A stretch of 64,000 nt of DNA, from positions 5,314 to 69,313 of the forward strand of contig DATJLK010000098.1 in assembly GCA_035509615.1 (NCBI GenBank), written 5' to 3'. The position numbers and the translations under genes were made by a program. Positions 1-9,600 of the stretch are shown here, one piece after another; within the stretch, counting starts at the first letter, position 1, and each line of letters opens with the position of its first letter. This DNA comes from Stellaceae bacterium (GTDB lineage Bacteria > Pseudomonadota > Alphaproteobacteria > ATCC43930 > CGMCC-115725). The notes under the pieces were generated by a model. It saw only the letters and a program-made list of their open reading frames with translations, made no database searches and had not been told where the DNA came from.

Positions 1-1
1 A

Positions 2-88
2 AAGACCTTTGGCGTAAAGATCAGCATCCGCCAGATATTCGAAACGCACACGAATGTCGCCGCACTGGCTTCCTTCATCACCGAAACG
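2..88 (+). other. C-terminal fragment of an ACP/PCP carrier domain (rest lies upstream of the window)
   Basis: FGVKISIRQIFETHTNVAALASFI resembles the helix after the phosphopantetheine Ser of carrier domains. It is in frame with the downstream aminotransferase domain. Confidence 0.6.
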
Positions 89-3000
89 ATGCCCGACGAC
101 CGTTGGGCCCACCTTGCAGCGCGAACCCCGGCAGCGCGAACCCCGGCAGCGCGAACCCCGGCAGTTGAACCGAGCAGCCCGTCCCCGCCATCGCGTCGCG
201 CACCGGCGGAGTCGGCGCCTGCTTTGGTCCCGCCCGCGGCGCAAACATCGGCGGCGCTGATTTCGCACGCGCCGGCTGCTCCAGACGAAATGGCGGCTGC
301 CTCGTTGGCAGCACTCTGCCAGCAGCAGTTGCAAGTATATGAACAGATCGTCTCGAAGCAACTTGCCGCTTGTAATGGCGGTCTCGTCGGCAGTCCCCAG
401 ACCTTGCCGAGCGCGGTCCGGATCGGCCGTCACGGCTCGCTGTCGGATGGCATCGCCGATACCGCTGCCAAGCTCAGCGCGAACCATTCGGACGACCCGA
501 ACCACGTTTCCGCGGCAAATCATGGCGTGCCCGCCGCTTCCGGAAATCAACAGCCGGCAGACTCGGTACTCCCGCCCTGGAAAGTCGCGGAAGTTCGGGC
601 GCGCGGACTGACGCCGCCGCAAGCGGAGCATTTGGAGAAGCTGATCGAGCGATATACGCAGCGGACACGAGGTTCCAAGCAACTGGCACAAAGTTATCGC
701 CGCATGCTGGCCGATAATCGCGCCGCTGCCGGTTTTCGCTTTTCAACAAAAGAAATGCTCTACCCGATCGTCGCCGACCGGTCGCAGGGTTCGCGAATCT
801 GGGACGTCGATGGGAACGAGTATATCGACATTACGATGGGTTTCGGGGTCTATTTATTCGGGCACAATCCCGAGTTCATCACGAGGGCGCTCCGCGATCA
901 GTTGGACCATGGCATCCAGCTGGGGCCGCAAACGCCGCTGGCCGGCCCGGCGGCGCAACTGGTCTGCGATTTAACCGGAATGGAGCGCGCCTATTTCTGC
1001 AACACCGGGACCGAAGCCGTGTTCACCGCGATCCGCTTGGCGCGGGCCGTCACGCAGCGCAAGCGGATCGCGATATTCAACGGGTCGTACCACGGTCACT
1101 CTGACGGTGTGCTGGGCGAACCGATCGACGGCAATGACAACCCGCAGGCGCTACCGCTGGTAACCGGGATTCCGGATGGGGCATTGGCCGATGTGCTGGT
1201 GTTGAAGTATGGCGAGCCCGATTCCCTGCGAATCATCCGCGAATATGCCGGCGAGCTGGCGGCGGTACTGGTCGAGCCGGTGCAGAGCCGACGGCCGGAT
1301 TTTCATCCTCGGGAATTTTTGCACGAGCTGCGCACGCTGACGGCCGATGCCGGCATCGCATTGGTGTTTGACGAAATGATCACCGGATTTCGCATTCATC
1401 CCGGCGGCGCGCAGGCTTGGTTTGGCATTCGCGCCGACTTGGCGACCTATGGCAAAATCGCCGGCGGCGGTTTGCCCGTGGGCATTGTAGCCGGCTCGGC
1501 CCGTTTTCTGGATGCGATCGACGGCGGCTACTGGGACTACGGCGACGCGTCCTACCCACGCGCCGAAACGACCTTCGTGGCCGGAACATTCAATAAGAAC
1601 CCGTTGTCGATGGCCGCGATCCACGCGGTGCTCGCAGAGATTAAACAGCGTGGACCAGCCCTACAGCAGCGGCTCAATGCGCGGACAGCCGATCTGGTCC
1701 GGCGTCTCAACGACGTGCTCGAACGTGAAGGCGCGCCCATTCGTGTCGTGAATTTCGGCTCGCTGTTTCGTTTTAAGTTCGCCGGCAACATGGACGTGTT
1801 CTTTTTCCATTTGCTGGAACACGGGATCTACGTGTGGGAAGGACGAAACTGCATCCTATCGGACGCGCACAGCGATCAGGATATTGACGCGATCGTGCGG
1901 GCGGTCGCAGACAGCGCGCGCGCCTTGCGGGAGGGGGGATACTTCGACGACACGGGGCGCATGCCGGACCGAGCAGCGGATGCAGCAACGGGCGGCGGCG
2001 CAACCTCGGCCACGTCGGTCGCCTCGGCTGCACAGGGGACTGGCCGACGCGACCGCCTCGAGCGGCCGCTGCCACTCACACCCAGTGCCGCTGAGAATGG
2101 ATCCGGGGCGAACGCGGAACCAAAAAACTTCTGGCAGCGCGAACGGCACGCCGTGGGCTCGCCGTCAGTCGCAGCTGACGAGCGATCCGCGATCGCCGCT
2201 AGCGAGCGGCATGCCATACAGTTCAGCCTCTTTTTCTTCGGTATTTACGATCCCCACGACCGCGATAAATACCACCTGCTCTTCGAGAGTTCTCGCTATG
2301 CCGACGCGAACGGTTTCTCGGCCGTGTGGGTCCCCGAGCGTCACTTCCATGAATTCGGTGGTTTGTCTCCTAATCCGTCGGTGCTGTGCGCGGCACTAGC
2401 CCGGGAAACTCGCCATATTCATTTGCGTGCCGGCAGCGTCGTCCTGCCATTGCACAATCCGATCCGCGTCGCCGAAGAATGGTCGGTGGTCGACAACATC
2501 TCAGACGGGCGGGTCGGTGTCGCATTCGCATCCGGCTGGAATCCCGCCGACTTCGCGCTAGCGCTCAACAACTTCGGCAATCATCGCGACGCCATGTTCG
2601 CCGGCATCGATCAGGTCCATCGGCTCTGGAGTGGCGAGGCACTGACCACCACCAGTGGCAACGGAAAGGAAGTCGCCGTCAAGCTGTTTCCACTGCCCAG
2701 GCAAGCGAAATTACCAACGTGGCTGACGGTCGTCAACAACCCGGAGACATTTGCCAAAGCTGGAGAAATGGGCGTCGGCATTCTGACGAACTTGATGGCG
2801 CAGGACATCGATCGACTCGCCGAAAACCTCGGGATCTATCGCAAAGCATTGGCGCATCACGGCCACGACGCGTCGCGCGGACACGTAACCCTGCTCATGC
2901 ACACTTTCATGGGGAATGATTTCCAGTCGACGATCGAGACAGCCAGGCGGCCGTTCAAACAATATCTAACCTCGTCGGTCGGTCTGTTTCGCAGCATGGC

Positions 3001-6000
3001 CAAGAGCCAGGATCTTTCCGTCGACTTCGATACGCTGACTGACGACGACAAGGATGTGATGTTCGAACATGCTTACGGATCCTATGTGAAGTCTACAGCG
3101 CTCGTCGGCACCCCGGAATCGTGTTTGCCCCTGGTCGATAAACTCCAGGCCATCGGGGTAGACGAGATTGCCTGTCTGGTGGACTTTGGCGTAGAGCCCA
3201 CTGCAGTACTTAACAGCCTGCCGGTGCTGACCGAATTGAAGAACCTGTACGGCCGGCAGACGGCTTCTTATGCGCACACTGCCAGTTCGGCAACAGAACT
3301 CCGCGCGCAGAACTCCAATGACGCCGAGCTGAGAGTGCCGCTGACCGAAGCGCAGCAGCAACTCGTGCTGTTGTCCCAGATGAACCCGGAGGGCGCCGTC
3401 GCCTACAACGAGCCTGTCGTGCTCGAGCTCAGAGGACAGCTGTGCCTGTACGCGCTGCAACGCGCTGTCGAGTTGCTGGTAGACCGCCACCAGGCCCTGC
3501 GATCACGTATTAATGTCCGAGACAACGAACTCGTGATCGCTTCGCAATGGAAGATCGAGGTTCCGGTGACGGACTTTTCCGGTCTTCCCGACGGCGAAGC
3601 GCCAGCTCATATGGCACGCTGGTTCGCCACCCGGTCGCAGGCGGCATTCGATCTGGAACTGGGCCCGCTGCTGAAGGTCGAAGTCGCAAAACGGTCCGAT
3701 CAAATTTATTATCTTTATCTCTCGGCGCATCACACCATCATCGATGGTGCCGCAATCGGCATTTTATTAACGGAATTGAGCGCGCTGTACAACGCGGCGA
3801 TGCTGGACGCAGCACCGGCTTTGCCGGATACGCTTCAGATCAGCGATTACGCGCAGTGGCTCACGCGGTCCATCGAGACCAAGGAATGGCAACTCCAGAA
3901 GGATTTCTGGATCAACCGGATATCTGCGAGCAGTCCGGCACTGGAGTTTCCGACGGATCGTCCGCGTCCATTACGCAAGACATACCGCGGCCAACGCCTG
4001 ACGGCCACCCTCGATCCGCAGCTCTTGGCGGACATCAAACGAGTGAGTCGGCAGGAAAACTGCACGCTGCTCATGACGCTGTTTGCTGCATACACTGTGC
4101 TGGTGCACCGGCTGGCGGATCAACGCGAGATCGTCGTCGGCATTCCGGCGCTGGGCAGGTCGCTGCCAGGAGGTGACGGCCTGGTCGCTTACTGCGCCCA
4201 CATCATGCCGATCTGCAGCGATGTGCAGTGCCGCCCGCGATTTACGGAACATTTACGAGCCATCCGCTCGGCGTTGCTGGATGCTTACGAGAACCAGGAT
4301 TTTCCATTCGCCAGTTACCTGAACGAACTGAAAATCGTGCGTGATGCCAGTCGAGCGCCACTGGTCGATTACGTCTTCAATTTGGATGGCGAATTGCCCG
4401 CGCTGAAGATGGAGGGGCTGACCGTCGCCTATCATAATCAGCCAGTCTCCACCTCGCGCTTTGACATCAGCCTCAGCGGCGTCGAAATCGATAATCGGCT
4501 GATGCTTTACTGCGACTACAATACCGACCTGTTTGATCACGCAACGATCAACCGGCTGCTAGACTCCTTCCAGACACTTCTGCAAGCGATTGTTCGGTCG
4601 CCGAATGACAATGTCTTCGAGCTGCCACTGCTTTCGGCGAGCCACCGTGAGCGACTCCTAACCGACTTTAATGCGCCGAGCCATCCAGTGCCGGAATGTC
4701 GTCACCAGGCGATCCATCACTATTTCGAAGAGGCGGTCGACAAGGCGCCGGACGCAATTGCCGTCGTACTCCCCGCCACGGAAACCGCCGCTCGTCAAGA
4801 GCTTACGTATTCTCTGTTGAACGAGCAAGCAAATCAACTAGCACATTACTTGAAACAGCGCGGTCTTTCCACGGAAGAGTATGTCGGTATTTATCTCGAC
4901 CGATCGATGGAAGCGGTGGTTGCCGTTTTGGCAATCCTGAAAGCGGGAGGGGCGTATTTGCCGCTCGATCCGGACTACCCACGCGGCCGCATCGATTTTA
5001 TTCTCAAAGACGCCGCTGTGCGTTTCATCGTCACAAAGCAAGCATTGCAAAATGAATTAACGGGGATCGAGGCAGATATAATTTGTATCGACTCCTGCTT
5101 ATCCCAAGTTGTACGACAACCCAAGCACAATCCCGCACACTCTGCCACTGGGGATCAGTTGGCCTATGTCATGTATACATCCGGTTCGACAGGCGACCCA
5201 AAAGGAACCGCGATTACTCACAAGAACGTGACGCGCTTGTTTACCGCGACGGATGCATGGTTTGGCTTCAACTCAAACGACGTCTTGCCGCTATTTCATT
5301 CGCTAGCCTTTGATTTTTCGGTATGGGAGTTGTGGGGTGCATTGGGCCATGGCGGCAGGCTGATCATCGTGACTTACGAAACCAGCCGCACGCCTTCTGC
5401 GATTTACAAATTGTTGACGGACGAACATATGACGGTGCTCAACCAGACCCCGTCGGCCTTCCGCCAACTTATTCAATTCGAACAATCCCGGGCCGAGGCC
5501 AAGGAACTGTCTTTAAGACTGGTGATTTTGGGCGGCGAGGCGCTCGAACCGGCGATGCTGGAACCGTGGATCCGACGGCATGGGGATCAACAACCGCAGC
5601 TGGTCAATATGTATGGAATCACGGAAACAACCGTCCACGTATCGTATCGGCCGATCAGCAAAGCCGATCTCGGCGGCGGGCGCAGCGTGATCGGACGACC
5701 CATACCGGACCTGCAGATCTATATTCTCGATGATCGCGGAGAACCCGTTCCGATTGGCGTTCGTGGTGAAATCCATGTTGCCGGCCCCGGTGTGGCGCGG
5801 GGATATATCCAGCGCCCCGAGCTGACAAGGGAGCGTTTTCGTACGAATCCGTTCGGCAGGGATCCGCGGGATCGTTTGTACCGGACGGGCGATCTTGGGC
5901 GGTATTTGGCCAACGGCGACATCGAGTATTTGGGGCGTTGCGACCAGCAGGTGAAAGTGCGCGGTTTTCGCATCGAACCGGGCGAAATCGAAGCGGCACT

Positions 6001-6631
6001 GGCTGGTCATCCGGCGGTAGCAGAAACCGTGGTCATTGCGGCCGACGACCAACGCGGCGACAAGCGCCTGATCGCCTACATAGTTACACCGCCGGGCGAA
6101 GCGAAGGCGCCTGCCGCCGTCCTCCGGGCCCATCTGAAACACAATTTGCCCGGCTACATGATTCCGGCGGCTTTTGTTCATCTCGAAGCCATTCCGCTAA
6201 CCGCGCATGGCAAGATTGACCGCCAAGCGCTGCCCGCACCCGCGATGAGCGGCGACGGGCCCGACAAATACGTCGCGCCGGGCACCGCCACGGAAGAAGT
6301 CCTGGCGGGAATTTGGAGCGAAGTGTTGTCCATTGAGCGAGTTGGCATTGACGACAATTTTTTTGATCTGGGAGGCCATTCGCTGCTGGCGACCCAACTG
6401 CTGACACGAATACGTCAGGCGTTTCGCATGGATCTGTCCATCACACAACTGTTCGAGGCACAGACCGTGGCCGAACTCGCTCGGCAGCTGACCGCGCTCG
6501 AACCGACGACAGGACAAGTCGAACGGATCGCCAGATTGCGGCGACGGGTATTGGGCATGTCCGCGGACGAGCTCACGCACGCGATTTCCCGCCACAACAC
6601 CCAACGGCAAGCACAACGAGAATCGGCATGA
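2..6631 (+). CDS. Hybrid PKS/NRPS megasynthase, 5'-truncated by the window edge: (carrier)-aminotransferase-luciferase-like monooxygenase-C-A(Thr-like)-T
   Basis: The frame is open from nt 2. The first codons, KTFGVKISIRQIFETHTNVAALASFITET, look like the C-terminal helices of a carrier domain, so the ATG at 89 in the ORF track is internal. Motifs: class-III aminotransferase with PLP Lys in YGKIAGGGLP (codon 1454-1456); LLM motifs IQFSLFFFG...VWVPERHF; C-domain HHTIIDG (from 3728); A-domain YTSGSTGDPKG and NMYGITETTVH; T-domain LGGHSL (Ser codon 6380-6382). The stop overlaps the next start (ATGA at 6628-6631). Confidence 0.92.
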   Translation, partial: KTFGVKISIRQIFETHTNVAALASFITETMPDDRWAHLAARTPAARTPAARTPAVEPSSPSPPSRRAPAESAPALVPPAAQTSAALISHAPAAPDEMAAASLAALCQQQLQVYEQIVSKQLAACNGGLVGSPQTLPSAVRIGRHGSLSDGIADTAAKLSANHSDDPNHVSAANHGVPAASGNQQPADSVLPPWKVAEVRARGLTPPQAEHLEKLIERYTQRTRGSKQLAQSYRRMLADNRAAAGFRFSTKEMLYPIVADRSQGSRIWDVDGNEYIDITMGFGVYLFGHNPEFITRALRDQLDHGIQLGPQTPLAGPAAQLVCDLTGMERAYFCNTGTEAVFTAIRLARAVTQRKRIAIFNGSYHGHSDGVLGEPIDGNDNPQALPLVTGIPDGALADVLVLKYGEPDSLRIIREYAGELAAVLVEPVQSRRPDFHPREFLHELRTLTADAGIALVFDEMITGFRIHPGGAQAWFGIRADLATYGKIAGGGLPVGIVAGSARFLDAIDGGYWDYGDASYPRAETTFVAGTFNKNPLSMAAIHAVLAEIKQRGPALQQRLNARTADLVRRLNDVLEREGAPIRVVNFGSLFRFKFAGNMDVFFFHLLEHGIYVWEGRNCILSDAHSDQDIDAIVRAVADSARALREGGYFDDTGRMPDRAADAATGGGATSATSVASAAQGTGRRDRLERPLPLTPSAAENGSGANAEPKNFWQRERHAVGSPSVAADERSAIAASERHAIQFSLFFFGIYDPHDRDKYHLLFESSRYADANGFSAVWVPERHFHEFGGLSPNPSVLCAALARETRHIHLRAGSVVLPLHNPIRVAEEWSVVDNISDGRVGVAFASGWNPADFALALNNFGNHRDAMFAGIDQVHRLWSGEALTTTSGNGKEVAVKLFPLPRQAKLPTWLTVVNNPETFAKAGEMGVGILTNLMAQDIDRLAENLGIYRKALAHHGHDASRGHVTLLMHTFMGNDFQSTIETARRPFKQYLTSSVGLFRSMAKSQDLSVDFDTLTDDDKDVMFEHAYGSYVKSTALVGTPESCLPLVDKLQAIGVDEIACLVDFGVEPTAVLNSLPVLTELKNLYGRQTASYAHTASSATELRAQNSNDAELRVPLTEAQQQLVLLSQMNPEGAVAYNEPVVLELRGQLCLYALQRAVELLVDRHQALRSRINVRDNELVIASQWKIEVPVTDFSGLPDGEAPAHMARWFATRSQAAFDLELGPLLKVEVAKRSDQIYYLYLSAHHTIIDGAAIGILLTELSALYNAAMLDAAPALPDTLQISDYAQWLTRSIETKEWQLQKDFWINRISASSPALEFPTDRPRPLRKTYRGQRLTATLDPQLLADIKRVSRQENCTLLMTLFAAYTVLVHRLADQREIVVGIPALGRSLPGGDGLVAYCAHIMPICSDVQCRPRFTEHLRAIRSALLDAYENQDFPFASYLNELKIVRDASRAPLVDYVFNLDGELPALKMEGLTVAYHNQPVSTSRFDISLSGVEIDNRLMLYCDYNTDLFDHATINRLLDSFQTLLQAIVRSPNDNVFELPLLSASHRERLLTDFNAPSHPVPECRHQAIHHYFEEAVDKAPDAIAVVLPATETAARQELTYSLLNEQANQLAHYLKQRGLSTEEYVGIYLDRSMEAVVAVLAILKAGGAYLPLDPDYPRGRIDFILKDAAVRFIVTKQALQNELTGIEADIICIDSCLSQVVRQPKHNPAHSATGDQLAYVMYTSGSTGDPKGTAITHKNVTRLFTATDAWFGFNSNDVLPLFHSLAFDFSVWELWGALGHGGRLIIVTYETSRTPSAIYKLLTDEHMTVLNQTPSAFRQLIQFEQSRAEAKELSLRLVILGGEALEPAMLEPWIRRHGDQQPQLVNMYGITETTVHVSYRPISKADLGGGRSVIGRPIPDLQIYILDDRGEPVPIGVRGEIHVAGPGVARGYIQRPELTRERFRTNPFGRDPRDRLYRTGDLGRYLANGDIEYLGRCDQQVKVRGFRIEPGEIEAALAGHPAVAETVVIAADDQRGDKRLIAYIVTPPGEAKAPAAVLRAHLKHNLPGYMIPAAFVHLEAIPLTAHGKIDRQALPAPAMSGDGPDKYVAPGTATEEVLAGIWSEVLSIERVGIDDNFFDLGGHSLLATQLLTRIRQAFRMDLSITQLFEAQTVAELARQLTALEPTTGQVERIARLRRRVLGMSADELTHAISRHNTQRQAQRESA
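116..164 (+). repeat. Perfect 15-bp tandem repeat (gcagcgcgaaccccg x3 plus a 4-nt partial copy) encoding (AARTP)3 in an interdomain linker
   Basis: Read directly: units at 116-130, 131-145 and 146-160 are identical. The unit is 5 codons, so the repeat is in frame. Confidence 0.95.
600..1940 (+). other. In-line class-III (GSA-aminomutase-like) PLP aminotransferase domain (AMT)
   Basis: GSRIWDVDGNEYIDITMGFGVYLFGHNPEFI, CNTGTEAVFTAIRLAR, FDEMITGFR, YGKIAGGGLPVG. The same domain type sits in-line in MycA (mycosubtilin/iturin) and McyE. Borders approximate. Confidence 0.85.
2215..3250 (+). other. In-line luciferase-like (FMN-dependent) monooxygenase domain of the natural-product LLM type
   Basis: IQFSLFFFG..YHLLFESSRYADANGFSAVWVPERHFHEFGGLSPNPSVL..LRAGSVVLPLHNPIRVAEEWSVVDNISDGRVGVAFASGW. 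No carrier domain lies between it and the following C domain. Borders approximate. Confidence 0.8.
4720..6240 (+). other. A domain, module 1, Thr-like code
   Basis: Hand alignment to GrsA positions 235-331: FDFSVWE / VLNQTPS / VILGGEA / NMYGITETTVH gives D-F-W-N-I-G-M-V-H, which matches the classical Thr code DFWNIGMVHK. Confidence 0.6.
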
Positions 6632-9600
6632 GTGACAATGCCCCGCAGCAAGAAGAGCTGTTCGAGCTGCTGCTTCAACTGGAAGGTATCGATCTCAAAC
6701 CGGCGTCGACGATCGCTCGCCGCTCCGACCGCAACGAAGCGCCGCTGTCGTTCGCGCAGTCGCGCTTATGGTTCCTTGATCAGCTCGACGGCCCGACCCC
6801 CAACTACAACATGCCTGGCGCGCTTCGCCTGGATGGCGAGTTGGACGTTGATGCTCTACGCGTCAGCTTAGGTGAGATCCGCAACCGCCACGATATATTG
6901 CGCACCCGTTTCGTCAGGCGCGGTGACGAACCGGTGCAAGTGATCGACCCACCGGACAATTTCGCGCTGCCGGTCGTCGATCTAACCGACTTGAACGCGC
7001 GTGACCAGGCAACGAGCTTCCAGCATCTGGCGCGGCAAAACGCGGTGCAGCCTTTCGATCTCGCGCTGGGCCCGTTGCTTCGCCTCCAACTAGTACGGCT
7101 TGAGCCTCGTCGGCACGTGCTGCTGTTCGCGACACACCACATTATTTCCGACGGCTGGTCGATCGGGGTGCTGATCGGTGAGCTGACGGTGCTGTACAAA
7201 GCGCGGCGCGACCGCGTCATTCCCGAACTGCCCGAACTGGCGATTCAATACGCCGACTACGCGCAATGGCAACACGCGCATTTGACGCGCGAGTCGTTGG
7301 AACCGTCTCTGGCTTACTGGCGCGAACGCCTCGCCGGGGCGCCCGAAATACTGGGTCTACCCACGGATCGGCGTCGCCCGCCGGTACAAACCTACGACGG
7401 CGGCACGCATCGCTTTCAGATCGGGCCGGAGCTGACGGCACGCCTGCGACAGCTGAGCCGGCAATGCGATTGCACGCTGTTCATGGTCCTGCAGGCTGGG
7501 TTTGCCGCCCTATTGTCACGCTATAACGGTTCCGACGATATCGTCTTCGGGATGCCGGTGGCGAACCGGACCGTGGCCGGCATCGAACCGCTGATCGGAT
7601 TTTTCGCCAACACACTCGTCCTGCGCACGGATTTGTCGGGAGACCCGACCGTCGCCGAATTGATCGCGCGGGTGCGCAGCGCGTTGCTCGGGGACTTGGA
7701 ACATCAGGAGTTGCCATTCGAATTTCTCGTCGACGAGCTGCAGCCACGACGCAACCTGAGCTTCACGCCCCTAATTCAGGCAATGTTGACCCTGCAAAAC
7801 ACCCCCCAGCTTGATCTGGAACTACCCGGCTTGACCGTATCGATCGAAGAGTGCGCGACGAACATTGCCAAGTTCGATATTACGCTGGCGTTGCACGAGA
7901 CCAACTTGGGGCTGGCCGGCGAAATCGAATACAACACAGATCTGTTTGATGCAGAAACGATCCGACGGATGGCAGGGCACTTCCGAAATCTGCTCCGGGC
8001 GATGGCACGCGAGCCCGCCGCGCGGGTATCCGAAGTGGACTTTCTAAGCGCCGATGAAGTCGAATTGTTGCTGCACACCTGGATCGACACTGCGACCGAC
8101 TTTCCGCGCGACAAATGCATTCAACAACTGTTCGAGCAGCAGGCGGCCGAAACCCCTGACGTCACCGCATTGGTGTTCTGCGACCGGCAATTGACCTATG
8201 CCGAGTTGAACGCTCGCGCCAACCAGGTGGCTCGCCATTTGCGCACGCTCGGTGTTGGCCCAGAAGTCGCTGTCCCGATCATTTGCGAGCGTAGCATCGA
8301 GTTGATCGTCGGCATTTTGGGCATCCTCAAAGCCGGCGGTGCTTACGTGCCGCTGGACCCGAAGTATCCTGCCGACCGGCTCGAGTACATGTTCCGCGAA
8401 GTAAAGAGCCCGGTGGTGTTGACGCATCGAGCTTGCGCCGGTCACCTGCCACAAGACGCGGCGGCCCGGCTCTTGCTCGACGATGACTGGCCCGAATTTG
8501 CCCGGGAGAGCCGCGAAGACCTGGAGCATCACACGCAGCCGGACGGTCTAGCCTACATCATCTTCACCTCCGGTTCGACCGGCCGTCCCAAAGGGGTCCG
8601 CGTTGTCCACGACGGCGTCGTACGGTTGGTTAAGCACACGAACTACGTCAGTCTTTCCGCAGATGAAGTGATTCTGCAGTTGACGCCGATCTCCTTCGAC
8701 GTCTCGACATTCGAGATCTGGGGCAGTTTGCTCAATGGCGGCCGGCTAGTCGTGCCGCCGCCGGGGATCCCGTCGTCGCAAGAGATCGGTCGCCTCATCA
8801 AAGACTACGGCATCACGACGATGTGGCTGACCGCCGGGCTATTTCACCTGCTGGTGGACGAGAACCTCGAGGGGCTGCGACCGTTGCGGCAGCTTCTGGC
8901 CGGCGGCGACGTGCTCTCGGTGTCGCATTGCCGTCGCGTGTTGCGCGAGCTTCCCGAGCTACGGCTGATCAATGGCTACGGGCCGACAGAATGTACCACC
9001 TTTACCACCTGCTGCACGCTGACGGAAGCGACCATCGGCAGTTCGGTGTCGATCGGCCGCCCAATCTCGAACACCAAGGTTTACATCCTCGATGAACACC
9101 GCAAGCTCGTGCCGCCCGGATGCGCCGGCGAACTCTGCGCCGGTGGTTACGGATTGGCGCGCGACTATCTAAATGACCCGGAGCTAACGGCCGAAAAATT
9201 TATCCGCGACCCGTTCGACGACACCCCCGGCGCGCGGCTATATTGCATCGGCGATTTATGCCGTTACTTGCCCGACGGCAACATAGAATATCTGGGGCGT
9301 ATCGATCGGCAGGTCAAAATCCGCGGCTTCCGGATTGAACCGGGGGAAATCGAAACGGTGCTTGCATTGCACGATGCTGTGCGCGACTGCACCGTGACGG
9401 CACGCCCGGACCGGTTCGGCAACAAACGGTTGATTGCTTACGTCGTTCCGACCGACACGCACCACCCTCCAGACGAGGAAGATCTCCGCGCCTTTCTGTC
9501 TCAACGGCTGCCCGAGTTCATGGTCCCGGCGGCCTTTGTGACATTGGATAGGCTGCCGCTGAACCCCAGCGGCAAGATCGACCGCGATGTCTTGCCGGCT

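Noticed and set aside
89-91. ATG at 89 given by the ORF track as the start of the first megasynthase gene
   Set aside because: The frame is open back to nt 2. The upstream codons encode a recognisable carrier-domain helix, so the gene starts upstream of the window.
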